64,000 nt of DNA, from positions 18,972,001 to 19,036,000 of the forward strand of contig OX597819.1 in assembly GCA_951406725.2 (NCBI GenBank). Reading direction: 5' to 3'. The translations under genes were made by a program, and so were the position numbers. This DNA is from Octopus vulgaris (Eukaryota). Shown here one piece after another: positions 1 through 12,795 of this stretch (position 1 is its first letter; each line of letters opens with the position of its first letter). The notes below the pieces were generated by a model. That model saw only the letters and a program-made list of their open reading frames with translations, was not told the origin of the DNA and ran no database searches.

Positions 1-585
1 TCTCCACCAGCTTCTCGACCACGTTGCCACAAATAATACACAGAACCAACCACCAAAAACTTCACAAACCATTGATCGGTTTTCATTCAGAAGCCACTCA
101 GAGGTTTCCATTTATTATTTGTATTCGATCTTTTGCCTGCTTTACCTACCATTTCTTCAATATATACCAGCCTCCCTGTCTCATTAATGGATTTGTGAAC
201 GCACTCATCATACCAACACCATCCTGCCACACAATAGTAGCACAATTTACGTATTATGCAACCCGCTGAGCGTTCTTCTGCACTATGGGGTGCTTTCAAT
301 TTCATTATATCGTTCCCCACCCACCAGAAGGCAGTGTAGATGTAATCCGAAAACAATCGTCGTGCTAAATAGAGCTTACGCTACACGCTGTCATCTTTAT
401 CAATTATTTAAAATGCAATGAGCTTGCACCGAGGAATTCCTGACGTAGATCATCTTCTAGGAACTAAAGTGCAGTACCGCAGATAATGGATGGTAGCCGT
501 AAATAGTGTACCTGCTCTCGAAGAACACTACTAGCATCCTTCCCAAAAATAATGCTACATTCTAAAGTCTTCAAATAATAATAAT

Positions 586-884
586 ACCTGGAAATAGAGG
601 TAACCAGAATGTGGAATCTAAAAACAGAAACAATTCCTATCATAGTAGATGCATTAGCATGATAAAAAAATATTCAGATAAATACATAACAAAAACACCA
701 GGACTTACAAATACATATAACAAACAGAAAATTGCACTACTAGGCACTGCACACATCCTACGCAGAACACTTTCCATACAATAACCATCAGAACATCACA
801 ACAAATCACAGCACATACCCAAGTCACACAGAGCTGAGCTCGGTAGTGAAGTGGAAGCACGCTATAAAAATAAAACTACTGAAT
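586..884 (+). mobile_element. R4/Dong-like (RLE) non-LTR retrotransposon, 5'-truncated 3' end (family A), flanked by (TAA)n
   Basis: Translates to LEIEVTRMWNLKTETIPIIV.AL...KYITKTPGLTNTYNKQKIALLGTAHILRRTLSIQ*, a typical RLE C-terminus. (AAT)4 lies at 574-585 and (TAA)n follows 885. Near-identical to the minus-strand copy at 19667-20358. Confidence 0.85.
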
Positions 885-897
885 TATAATAATAATG

Positions 898-949
<52 letters not shown>

Positions 950-1539
950 GGATAATAATGATAATAATATAATGTAGCAACAAAATCATTCGAAAATCCG
1001 AGTACATTAACGACAACCTGTTACTGTTCGTTCTAAATTATAACACACGCACACACGCACACATGCAGACACACACGCACAAACACACGAAAATATATTG
1101 GAATAAGAAGAGAATTTAAGATCAGAATGAAGGACAGCTAGCCGGAAAGAGAAAGAATTACACGGTCAATTCAGGCAAGAAACTGACCATGCCGGAAGCA
1201 AAGAAAAGTGGTTGTGAGTGACAAATGGAAACATGGAAGGTGAAACCATATTGCTAAATACAGACAATCAAGCTAAGCCGTGAGGAGGAAAATGTTAAAG
1301 CAGATATTGTTAAAACATCGTCAAAGAGCAGATGCAAAACTATGCGGAGGAGAAAGAAAGTATAAAAACATCTTTTAAGAGAATGCAGCTATTGAGAACA
1401 ATAAGAGTACAAGCGCCGATATAATCGTGAAGGTAAAACAAGTACAGAGTGATGTTAACCGAGGCTGTGTATTCAGAGAAAGTGATATGAAAACGGCGAA
1501 ATACTGTGAGAGAGAGTAAATATTACAAGATTTTATGCG

Positions 1540-1919
1540 ATTTCTCCATAGAGACTTGGCATAATAATGAAGCATTGAGACCAGGGGTGATTACAGAGCA
1601 CAATGCGATATTGCGTGACATCATTGACTTTGCGATACCAACTGTTAATTGCCTGGATACAAAAGAAACTAATACAGAAATTGGAAACAAAAACCATCAG
1701 TATTTAGTCGGTGAGATGAAGATATTTCCTCAGGTAATTGGTGCACTTGGTACAATGTCCAACTTGTTACCTAAGAGATTGAAGCATACTGCAATTGGTA
1801 ATCGCATAGTCGACCCGCAATAATATACCATCCTTTATTACTATTTTTTTTTAGAATCCTAAGAAAGACACTAGAGATTCGCCACTCAAACATCGAAGAG
1901 ACTCCGTGCTAATATAGCC

Positions 1920-1920
<1 letters not shown>
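1540..1920 (+). mobile_element. Degenerate R4/Dong-like LINE 3' end (RLE domain)
   Basis: ORF 1506-1823 contains IIDFAIP...KE...VIGALG, then RILRKTLEI after a stop; ends at (TAA)n at 1920. Confidence 0.65.
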
Positions 1921-1983
<63 letters not shown>

Positions 1984-1986
<3 letters not shown>

Positions 1987-2467
1987 TTGTTTTGTCTTGG
2001 TATAAAAGATGGGCTACAGCAAATATTCTGCTCAATACCACAGATTTGCTTGTCAGTTGTTTGACCTTAATCAGTTGAGCATGTCCCTTAGTGGCTGACG
2101 ATATGTGCATCTCTGATCACGAGTAGAAGTAGTGGGGGAGCATCATAGCCATGTGTTGAGAGGGATTCTTTGGGGTTTGGATAATTCACCTTTGGAAACA
2201 TGGGTGTTTCGTTCAACGTCCTTAAACAACCCTTATTCAGGGGCCTTTTGAGCGGGATGGGTTACTCGATCTGAAGAAATTCTAACTGGGCTCCACCTGC
2301 AAGGTCATGTGCTGTTTATCTTGATATGAGATCACCATGTCGCGCACATATGGTTGTGATGCATGTGCCTGGTGTACCCTTATCAGACGGGTAGTCATTA
2401 TGGGTATACTGGGCTTCGTATATTTTACCCCAGTGTCACTTTGATGGCATGCTCTGCTCGCTCACTC

Positions 2468-2468
<1 letters not shown>
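1984..2468 (+). mobile_element. ~555-bp non-coding (TAA)n-associated retroposon, copy 1 (5'-truncated)
   Basis: Colinear with copies at 2786-3342 and 22786-23334; (TAA)n on both sides; ends ...CTCACTCA-(ATA)n. Confidence 0.85.
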
Positions 2469-2508
<40 letters not shown>

Positions 2509-2522
2509 GGATAATAATGATG

Positions 2523-2583
<61 letters not shown>

Positions 2584-2618
2584 TGATAATAATAATAATG
2601 ATAATAATAATAATAATG

Positions 2619-2670
<52 letters not shown>

Positions 2671-2726
2671 GGATAATAATGATAATAATAATAAGGATAA
2701 TAATGATAATAATAATAATAATAATA
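2469..2726. repeat. (TAA)n microsatellite with GAT/CAA/AGG interruptions
   Basis: Directly visible; gives rise to spurious poly-N/I/Y ORFs. Confidence 0.95.
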
Positions 2727-3341
2727 GATGCAGTACAAGGCAGAGGCTCTAAATGCCCTGATGCAGTACAAGGCAGAGGCTCTAAATGCCCTGATGCAGT
2801 ACAAGGCAGAGGCTCTCATGGCTTCTGATCTTAACTGATTGGAAGTGTTATCATGTACATTGTTTTGTCTTGGTATAAAAGATGGGCTACAGCAAATATT
2901 CTGCTCAATACCACAGATTTGCTTGTCAGTTGTTTGACCTTAACCAGTTGAGCATGTCCCTTAGTGGCTGATGATATGTGCATCTCTGATCACGAGCAGA
3001 AGTAGTGGGGGAGCATCATAGCCATGTGTTGAGAGGGATTCTTTGGGGTTTGAATAATTCACCTCTGGAGACATGGGTGGGTTTTTCAACATCCTTAAAC
3101 AACCCTTATTCAGGGACCGTTTGAGCGGGATGGGCTACTCAACCTGAAGAAAATTCTAACTGGGCCCCACCTGCAAGGTCATGTGCAGTTTATCTTGATA
3201 TGAGATCACCATGCCGCGCACATATGGTTGTGATGCATGTGCCTGGTGTGCCCTTATCAGACGGGTAGTCATGATGGGTATATTGGGCTTCGTATATTTT
3301 ACCCCAGTGTCACTTTGATGGCATGAACTGCTCTCTCACTC

Positions 3342-3342
<1 letters not shown>
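2727..3342 (+). mobile_element. ~555-bp non-coding retroposon, copy 2 (full length, 5' end triplicated)
   Basis: GATGCAGTACAAGGCAGAGGCTCT occurs at 2727, 2760 and 2793 (33-bp period), followed by the full body and a (TAA)n tail from 3343. Confidence 0.9.
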
Positions 3343-3392
<50 letters not shown>

Positions 3393-3394
<2 letters not shown>

Positions 3395-4470
3395 TTTATT
3401 TATGATCGACAAGGGTTTACATTAAGAAAAACTTTATGGACAGCACAGGACAAAATAAAGAATGTGTATGGGTGAGTGTTATTGTGTGGGTTTTGCGAGT
3501 AAACAAGATTAACATAATAAAATAAGAACTAAGAATCTATAATCCTTAATAGAGAAGTTCGCGGGCTGCTCAAGAAAAAACCCATAAAATCATGGGAGCC
3601 CTGAATTTTAGAACATGTGCCTTTGCTCCTCTCCTTTTTTTTTTCTAATTTCATGCGTATGCTCAGGGCAGGTCCCTTCACGCCCACCATTTTATCCACT
3701 TTCGGCCACTTTGCAGCAAACTAACCAGAAAGCAACATTTCTCTCTCTCCCCTTATTTTCCTTTTCAAGTGAAAGTTGAAGAGGAAAAATAAGGGATTAG
3801 CCAAAGAGAGTAGTGTTCTGTCTTCAGCCCCTTTACTCTCCTCCACCACACAACCTCTTTCGCTATGGCCACCAGACATATAAAGATTGCCTGCCCTTCA
3901 CGGTTAAAGGAAAATGGATTCGTCCCTGATGCGGTAGGAAGTGTTCGACATAATATCACAGCTCATCTATGCTCGGGCACTGGACGAGTGCATGCAGAAC
4001 TGCTTCGTGTCCTGTGAGCATGTGGGACACGTTCGACTGACGGTACCTACTTCTGTACCTGTAAAATTTAATCTCAAAAAGGCAAATTTCCCCAGTAGCA
4101 CTGCCAGGTCAGAGATTTTCGGAAGTTATCAATTGGTCCCGGGCCAAAATTTCTCCGGAAAAGTGCGGCTAGCTGTATTTCTTCGAGGCCCAAATTCTCC
4201 GCACGGATGTCGTTGCACTTTCTTTCCATTAATCCTCTATAGAAAGCTAAAGTGGAGTAACCACCTATTGCAGTGTTCGACTGGTTGAGGGCTGTAAGAG
4301 CTTGAAGATATACTACTTTCATAAGAGCTTTCTCTCTTTTACCTTTTGTCTCAGGTATGCAGCGAACGGGTGACAACACCTGTTCACCGGGAAGGAAGCA
4401 CTGGAGATATAGCCGTAACGCATGTCTGCCCAACATTAACATCTGCCTGCACAGATCACCAAAGGTGTTC
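3393..4470 (-). mobile_element. L1/Tx1-clade LINE, degenerate 3' end
   Basis: Minus-strand frames give FRKSLTWQCYWGNLP, a CCHC knuckle (CPTCSQD..HALVQCPSIDEL) and GQAIFICLVAIAKEVVWW; the 3' UTR ends TTGTCGATCATAAATAAATC. Confidence 0.7.
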
Positions 4471-4479
4471 ACAGTAAAT

Positions 4480-5240
4480 AGAACATCTGACCATCAGGAC
4501 GCGTCCCTTCCCTACACATGAAAGAGCAAACAGTGGAAGAGGACTGATAACTGTGGAAGAATCCGTGTGTATCTAACTCGAGATATACTGAGGTACCTAG
4601 ACTAAAGTAAGGAAACCTTGCTAATGTCAGGTAGGAACGAGGGAATACTGAAAGCAGAGAAGAAGGAAAAACAAAGGAGGAGTATAAAAAGAATATGAAG
4701 AAGAATTACGCAACAAAGGTCAACACAACCAATTCTATGTTGCCCCAGCAAAAGTTGCAGGAAAAATAGGTGGGACTGGCTGAAGAAAGGAATACCCAAA
4801 AAAGACAGCGTGAACACTATACAGGCAGCGCAAACCAAGCGTTACCCACGAACTAAAGAGTTAATCTCTGGAATGTGCATGTGTCTCCGTTGTGCCGCAT
4901 CTGTAATAGAGTGGATGAAACCATTGACCATATTACAAACAAATGCCCTAGATTTGCCGAAATATTGAGGCGACACGATCAGGTGGCGGAAGTGCTACAT
5001 TGGAAACTGAGCGAAAAGTGAGGGCTAGAGAAAGGCAAAAAGTGGTATGAGAACAAACCGCAGAGAGTGGTGGAGTCGGAGTAGATGTGTTACAAAAGGT
5101 TTGCGTTCTTGGGGCGACCAGAATAATCAGGAAAGTGTAAGATAGCTGAAAACAACGGATAGCATTGTACCGTAGGCTGCAGATATCAAAGCCGCTACGC
5201 ATGCAAGACTCCAAGAGTTCCAACAAAGTCTGTGATAAAA
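4480..5240 (+). mobile_element. Degenerate R4/Dong-like LINE fragment (post-RT region and CCHC)
   Basis: Frames give GRGLITVEE, WDWLKKG..IQAAQ, PLCRICNRVDETIDHITNKC, RRHDQVAEVLHWKL, KKWYENKPQRVVES. Confidence 0.7.
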
Positions 5241-5281
5241 AAACAACAATAACAACAACAGCAGCAGCAATAATAACAACA

Positions 5282-5748
5282 TATAAGATGGTCTGCAGCA
5301 AATATTCTGCTCAATAACACAGATTTCCTTGTCAGTGGTTTGACCTTAACCAGCTGAGCATGTCATTTAGTGGCTGACGATATGTGCACATTTGATCAGA
5401 AGCTGAAGCAGTAGGTGATCCTCGTAGCTGTGTAATGTGAGGAAATCTTCGGGGTTTTAATACTTTACCTCTGGAAAGATGGATGTTTCATTTACTATCC
5501 TTATATAAACATTATTCAGGGATCTTTTGAGTGGGGTGGGTTACTCGACGTGTAAAATTTGTAACTGGGCCCCAACTGGAAGATTATTCTCTGTTCATCT
5601 GGAAATGAAATCACCATATCACGTACATGTGCTTGTGATGCATATGCCTGGTGTAAACCTTATCAGACGGGTAGTCATGATGGGTATATTCGGCTTTGGA
5701 TATTTGTACCCCAGTGTAAATTTGAAGGCATGCAGTGCGCTCTCACTG
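5282..5748 (+). mobile_element. ~555-bp non-coding retroposon, copy 3 (diverged, 5'-truncated)
   Basis: Colinear diverged match (CAGCAAATATTCTGCTCAAT...TTATCAGACGGGTAGTCATGATGGGTAT...GCTCTCACT); (CAA/TAA)n on both sides. Confidence 0.85.
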
Positions 5749-5820
5749 AATATTAATAATAATAACAATAACAACAATAATGATAATGATAACAACAACA
5801 ACAACAATAATAATAATAAC

Positions 5821-5909
<89 letters not shown>

Positions 5910-5916
5910 TAATAAT

Positions 5917-6618
5917 AAAAATTGTCCTCAGTATTTAAGGAAGCTGACAAATACAAACAAGAAAACATACCACCTAACAAATATGAAGAAGAAGAAGAAG
6001 AAGAAGAAGAAGAAGAAGAAGAGGAGGAGGAGGAAGAGAAAGAAGAAGAAGAAGAAGAAGAAGTAGAAGAAGAAGAAGAAGAAGAAGAAGAAGAAGAAGA
6101 AGAAGAAGAAGAAGAAGAAGAAGAAGAAGAAGACGAAGAATAAGAAGAATAAGAAGAAGAAGAAGAAGAAAAAACACAACAAAAAGCTAGAAAACAAATG
6201 AAATCCAAACTAAAAATAGAACAGCAATAAGCTATGATAAAACGATGGCAAGAAAAGCCCCTTTATGGCAAATATTGAACTAAACTAAACGCAAAAGAAA
6301 TAGACAAAGAAAAATCCCAGCAATGGTTGAGAAGCTCAGGATTCAAAGCAGAAACAGAGGGATTTTTAATTGCAGCAGAAGACCAAAGCCTCCCCACCAG
6401 AAATTACCAAAAACATGTAATGAAAAGAAATATAAAAAGTAACTGCAGAATATGTGGAGATGGACAAGAAACAATAAATCATATTATCTCTGGCTGCCCA
6501 GTTCTGTCTAAGAAGGAATATATTCACAGACACGACAGAGTTGGGACCTACATATACTGGAAGCTATGCCAACATTATGGAATAACATCAGAAAAAGGAT
6601 GGTATAAAAATAAAACTG

Positions 6619-6622
<4 letters not shown>
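5917..6622 (+). mobile_element. R4/Dong-like LINE family A fragment with internal (GAA)n expansion and internal deletion
   Basis: One frame from 5922 reads SSVFKEADKYKQE-(E)n-KTQQKARKQMKSK..RWQEKPLYGKY..WLRSSGFKAETEGFLIAAEDQSLPTRNY..CRICGDGQETINHIISGC..HRHD (a few stops), then jumps to the family A terminus AAAATAAAACTGCTG-(AAT)n. Confidence 0.85.
5985..6170. repeat. (GAA)n microsatellite, 62 triplets, inside a LINE ORF
   Basis: Directly visible. Confidence 0.95.
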
Positions 6623-6711
<89 letters not shown>

Positions 6712-6720
6712 AATGATAAT

Positions 6721-6842
<122 letters not shown>

Positions 6843-6867
6843 ACCAAAAAAACCCCCAAATATATGT

Positions 6868-7070
6868 GTTTCTTTACTACCCACAAGGGGCTAAACGTAG
6901 AAGGGACAAACAAGGACAGACAAACGGATTAAGTCAATTATATCGACCCCAGTGCGTAACTGGTACTTAATTTATCGACCCCGAAAGGATGAAAGGCAAA
7001 GTCGACCTCGGCGGAATTTGAACTCAGAACGTAACGGCAGACGAAATACGGCTACGCATTTCGCCCGGCG
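6868..7070 (-). mobile_element. tRNA-derived SINE family S1 (head truncated)
   Basis: Near-identical to 17767-18000 and 35016-35255; minus-strand B box GAGTTCAAATTCC and core GCCTTTCATCCTTTCGGGGTCGATAAATTAAGTACCAG. Confidence 0.85.
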
Positions 7071-7174
7071 GCACACTAGGCATAACAACAACGTGAACTT
7101 CCAACCTGTTGTCTCTTGATGTCTCTGGGTGAGACTTGGAGCCAACTTGTACAGACATAAAACAAAAGTCAAAC

Positions 7175-7177
<3 letters not shown>
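7071..7177 (+). mobile_element. Probable short 3' UTR remnant of another (TAA)n-tailed retroelement
   Basis: Unique ~105-bp stretch ending ...AAAAGTCAAACAT directly into (AAT)n; no coding motif to confirm it. Confidence 0.35.
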
Positions 7178-7255
<78 letters not shown>

Positions 7256-7257
<2 letters not shown>

Positions 7258-8140
7258 GCTACTATCTCGGAAGTATTGATATGCAGTAAGGGTTAATGAA
7301 CTCGGATCACGAATACTCAACGAGAGAAAAGAAACTCTACTCCGCATGGAATTACATGGTCACTTCCACCGTGAAACTAACAAATTAAAAGACTAGGAAG
7401 CATGATGGAGGTGGCTCAGCAGGGGTGTCCTAGAAAAAGATTGAATGCCTAATCATCGCTGCCCAGGATCAGGCATTGAATACCAATTCAGTGAAAAGGG
7501 ATATATACCACATAAGTGCTATGACACGCAGCAGAATATGTGGGAAAAGGGTCGAAAGCGTAATTCACATTGTTAGTGCTTGTGAAAGTCTTGCTGAGAT
7601 AGGGTACAAGCGCAGACACGATAAGGAAGGCCAAAACCTTCGCTGGCTACTATGCCGGAAGTATGGATACGCGGTGACGGATGCTTGGTAATAAGATACA
7701 CCGGAAAAGGTAATGGACGAAAAAAGGAAGGTAAACATCGTCTAGGACTTTAACATCTAGACATACAAGGTGTTAGAGCAACGAAGGCCGGATATAGCAA
7801 CCTTTAGAGTGCCTAATAATCGACGTGGCAGTGCCAGAAGATCAACATTGAAAAGTGAAAAGAAACTTGAGAATTGCGATCGCCATGATGTGGAGGCTAC
7901 GAGAGTCAAACGTATAAGCTGTCCCTGTTGACACCGTAGCATTGGGCTCAATACAACCCAAGCTGAAGAAACATCTGTAAACTTTAGAAATGCTCTACGA
8001 TCCAGAGGTATTGCAAAAATTGGTATTACTTGGAACTGTATGCATATTGCGTAAAGCACTATCTGTCTGAGGTCTTTGTCGTGGCTTGACAGACAGTACA
8101 AAGCCCCTGGTAGACACAATATCTTCAATCAATATCATGA
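7256..8140 (+). mobile_element. R4/Dong-like LINE family B, degenerate 3' portion
   Basis: LHGHFHRET..WRWL..IIAAQDQALNTN..RICGKRVESVIHIVSACESLA..YKRRHD..WLLCRKYG..RRPDI; the 3' UTR (AATATCTTCAATCAA) matches the minus-strand copy at 21826-22303. Starts immediately after (TAA)n. Confidence 0.8.
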
Positions 8141-8149
8141 TAATAATTA

Positions 8150-8350
8150 TTATTTCTACCATAAGTATAAGGCCGGTAATTTTGGGGTAGCAAGGAGAAT
8201 CGATTACATTGACACCAGTCCAGTGCTCGACGGGTACATATTCCTAGGATCCCAAAAAGAGGAAATGCAAAATCGGTTCCGCTGGAATTTGAAATGAAAT
8301 TGTAAGGAGAAACAAAACGCGCAAAGCTTCCTTTTCATCTTGTTCGCGAT
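8150..8350 (-). mobile_element. Old SINE of the S1 head/core type with the alternative tail (S1b), degenerate
   Basis: Weak colinearity with 60035-60245 and 40960-41110. Confidence 0.45.
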
Positions 8351-9372
8351 TCTAGCAAAACGTCGCCTTCACAACAACAATAAAAATAATAAATATTGAC
8401 TAGAAACATTCAAAGACGCAATGAAAGACAACAACCGAAGGGGTTTCCTTATATACATGCAAATCTTCTTATATGCATGGACATATTCTTAATAAGTTAT
8501 TATTAGAAGTGCAATATATTTTAGTACAACATATTTTCGGACATGATAAATTGTAGTAACACCGAATAAGTGTTTAATATTCGTTAATGAAATTGTTTTG
8601 TGTGTTTCATTAAAATAAGGCAGTTGATAAACAAAGATTGTCGATGCATTTATTGCTGTGATTGATAATCCTTAGTAAAATATCTTTTTATTGTTTTGTA
8701 TTATTATTATTCGCAACGATGTTTTCTTAATCGATGTTTGCATTAAGTTTATCAAATGATATTTAAGAGCGTATTGTTTTTGCTAACGATGCTAATTTAG
8801 CATATCCTTCATCGATATTATGGCAAAGGGATTCCAACGTCTTCATTTTTATGTTCACGGTGTGCAATGCTGATATGAAAATCAGTTTAATTATCTCTGG
8901 CTCAGGGTTTTCCTTCAATAAATTCAATTTGCAAAACGCTGCTTGTGAATGTATTCTTAAATGAATTTATTGATTCGTTCTCACATTGCTTGCTTTCCAG
9001 TAATTTCAATCTATCAGCTATTATTAATCTTTTCGGTTAGCTTAAATAGCTTCTCTGTTGCTTCTTTTAATCTGATGGTATGTGGCATCTTCGATATTTG
9101 CAGGGTAAAACAGGTCTTTGTGTTTCATATTGGAGTCAATACAATACCAAGACGAAAGTTAAATGTCCAATTTTTACAACTTGATACAATTTGTAATTTT
9201 GGCTGCAGATTGCACTTTGATCTGAGCTTGTATTATTTAAACGGAGATGTACTCTTGACAACTTCGGAGGCCATTTATTATATAAAACACGTGAAATTGC
9301 ATTGTGCATGCGGATCATTCTGCGTCTTTAGTATCGCCTTTTTCGACAACAATTACAGAATATTCTGGTTTA

Positions 9373-9780
9373 TCTTTCACTAGTTTCAGTCATTAGACTA
9401 CGGCCATGCTGGAGCACCACCATGAAAGAGTGTAACTGAACGAATCAAACCCAGAACCTAATTTGTTTTTAAGCCTGGAACTTATGCTATCGGTCTCTCA
9501 TTTGCCGAACTATATCACGGGCCTGTAAACACAGAAATACCAGTTGTGAAACAATCGTAGGAGACAAGCACACACACACACACATACATACATACACACA
9601 CACACACAAATATACACACACACACATACACACAAACATGACGAGCTTCTTTCAGCTTCCGCCTACCAAGTCGACCCACAGTGCTTGGCTTGGTCCAAGG
9701 CTATAGTAGGAAACACTTGCCGAAGGCAGTACGCAGTGGGATTGATTCGGGAAACATGCGGTTGGAAAGCAAACACTTTT
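9373..9780 (-). mobile_element. tRNA-derived CORE-like SINE family S2 with internal (CA)n
   Basis: Colinear with 25427-25830; minus strand contains GGCAAGTGTTTCCTACTATAGCC and the tail GGTGCTCCAGCATGGCCGTAGTCTAATGACTGAAAC. Confidence 0.8.
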
Positions 9781-10379
9781 TATCATACATGTGCGTGTGT
9801 ATTCTGAAAAAGAGAGAGGAACGGAAATTACAGCGTTCCCAGCACGAGGACGCTCCTGGTAATTAAAATGCTGAAGAAATATCGGCATTTGCTTCTATTA
9901 AGGAAGAATGCTAAATATTTCACTCTAACCAAACATAAAGGAAATACGTTGTTATGTGCACATAAACATATGCACATACTGTATATATTCACATATACCC
10001 AAGGACAAAACGGTCAGAATCACACACACACAGATTCATAATTATGATCGACCAAATTGCACAACATGCCCAAAACTCCGAGAAGGTTCAGAATTCTTCA
10101 TCAAAGAGAAACAAAAATTCAAAATCAAATCTGACTTTACTTGAGCTTCAGAAAACCGGATTTATGTTATTTGATGCTCGGGCTGCCACCAAAACTACAT
10201 AGGGTCCACGGGATTATCGTTCAGAAGCAGATGCACTCTGCACCGACAGCAGATCGCATTCCCAGAATACAGAATAATACCCTTAGGTGAACATATTGAG
10301 AAATGCGCAAGGCAATTGCTACCACAATTTGTATTCTTTCCATTTAATCAATGTGCCATTGGAACAACAACCCAAATTA

Positions 10380-11340
10380 GATTAAATAAGGAAGCCTTCT
10401 TCATTCAAAAATATAAGCCAAAACTTAACCATTTCTAACATTTTTAAATAAGGACAGAAACTTACCTCATTGAAAAAAATATAAAGCAACTCTATCCGTA
10501 TAGACAACGAACCATGTCTTGTACAATGTGGTAAATTGATGGTACATAGTCTGGACTGTAGGCGGGGAGGGGTGGTACATCCACTCCGGTATGTTCTTTA
10601 AATTTACGTTTGGTCACATTAGTAATGTGCGCTGGGACATTGTCATGCCGTAGGCGTGCGCATCTTCGACTGACTAATCCCGGTTAACCTGTTTTCAAAG
10701 TATCGTATACTCGCTGCAGTTCTTGAGTAGAAAGGTTAGCATTTACAGCATTAACATCTGAAACAAGCTCAAGGTGAAAGGCCACATCGAAAAATTCCGC
10801 TAAACACACATGACATTTTCTTCAAATTATCCCTTTTTGAAAACATGTTCAGAAGCCTGGACGGAACAAAGTCACTGACTTTCCTCATCGGGAATGCGAA
10901 AATATATCCAGTTTTCATTCCGACTTACAATTCAACAACAAAACGAGCATTTTGAGGATTTACCAGCAGTTGTTTGTCAATATTCACACTTCGTTAAACT
11001 TGGACATTGGTCAGTTCATGACAGCGTCTGTTCCCAATGTCGAGCTCATGAAGGTGTCGATTGATGGTGATTTGTGAAGGACCAAGGACAATATACGAGT
11101 GCGTGTGCTTGACTGTTGTTTAAGCATTTCAACGAAAGCCACGTCTTCCACAACCAAGGTCTAGGTTGTTTCCGAGGCTGGTGCTACTATCATTGAAACG
11201 TCTGTACTAGTTTTCTGGCAGAATTTTCTTCACAGTTCCTAGGCCCTCCACTTCATTACTTTCTTTGGCTGATGCCATTGCACTCAGTGCTTTTCTTTTC
11301 ACAAGTAGTGTCAAATCATTCTAATTCCAATATTTCCACT
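10380..11340 (-). mobile_element. Mariner (Tc1/mariner DD34D) transposase pseudogene
   Basis: Minus-strand frames give GPSQITINRHLHELG, IVSRNENWIYF (from RIVTGDEKW), HDNVPAH (from HDNARPH) and PAYSPDYVPSIYHIV (from PPYSPDLAPSDYHLF), with many stops and frameshifts. Confidence 0.8.
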
Positions 11341-12394
11341 ACCCTTTATCAAATCAATAAATTAAAGGATAAAACAATTAAAGATTATGTGTTATATGTG
11401 AAAATAAGGAACAACACATTCAACACTGAGTGGACATGTTGTGTTAAATTAATGATATAACATGGAGATACAGGTTACCCAACTCTCCGACAAATCGTCA
11501 GTGAAAATACGAAAACAAACTTAACCAGGTAAAATTCTTTCTAGGCTCGGAAATTGATGTTTCTCAGTTTAGTGTACACATTTTATATATAAAAATGTAT
11601 ATGTTGCTAGTGTGCAGGTAAGTTTTTATTTGTATATTCCGTGGGAATGTGTAATTTCCTAGATTTATGATTAAAAATGGTTTAATACTTTGGTTTTACT
11701 ACGAAAAATTATGCTGCATGGCAAAAGAAGCTTTAATGCATATTAAGCTATGCAATTTTGTGAAGAATCTCTTGGTTTCGTGAACTTATGTATGTAAGTG
11801 TTTTTGATGTAACTACGAAGCAACTATCACGTGAGCGTATATGATTAAATGATTTTACAGAGGGAAGAACGCGTAGCAATTGTAAACCTGTACCAGAGAG
11901 ATAAATAAGAATCAAATCAAATTTTCCTAACCTAACCATTGATAGAGTGAATTAGAGATTCAAAATCTGCACGAAATTGGTTTGATCATGATTAAAATGA
12001 TATTTATTTGGGGTTTGCATGATTAAGAGACACGTACTAAATAGGAATAAATGTAAAAATATCCGTATTTTAAAATCTGAATTCGTGTAAAAATTAACGG
12101 TTCTAGTGTAGTATTAAGCATCTCAGAACATCTCTGTTTGAAGTGACATGGGGGGGGATTATATAAGTGTGCGTATGTGTGTGTGTACGTGTGTGTGCAC
12201 ACACACGCATACGTACACACTCGCAGTGAAGGAAATATAAGAAAAGCAAGTGTCGTAGCTAAATAATGATATACACAGGGGCAAACCTGTCTACAATCAG
12301 CTTTACAATATTTACGATCGCATGATTGGGGGCAAGTGTAAAACACCCACACCGGCGCACCGGCGCATACTGACATAGAAAACTGTGAATAAGG

Positions 12395-12634
12395 CTATAT
12401 GTGTGTATACATATAAACGCATATATATAAGCACACGCATAGATATGCTTGTACATATACATATATACATGCACACATTTATAACGTGTATGTTTGTAAG
12501 TATAAGCATACACACACACACACACATGTATATATATATATATGTATACATATATATATATACATATATACATATAAACATATATATACATATACACACA
12601 TTTATATTTTAAGTCTATATACATGTTATATGCA

Positions 12635-12667
<33 letters not shown>

Positions 12668-12795
12668 CCACACATGTGTAGGAAGTATAAATATGCATAT
12701 ATGTGTGTATATAAATAAACACACGCGAATTTTCTCACGCATATACAACCACTCACCCGATCACACACATACGCACCCACACCCACACGTATATA
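12395..12795. repeat. Degenerate (TA)n/(CA)n compound microsatellite
   Basis: Directly visible. Confidence 0.9.

Noticed and set aside
1-470. Possible minus-strand LINE remnant
   Set aside because: Only a faint resemblance to the RLY..GGRGL motif; too degenerate to call.
2727-2816. 33-bp periodic repeat as a CRISPR-like array
   Set aside because: The spacers are identical and 9 bp long, there are no cas genes, and the context is eukaryotic.
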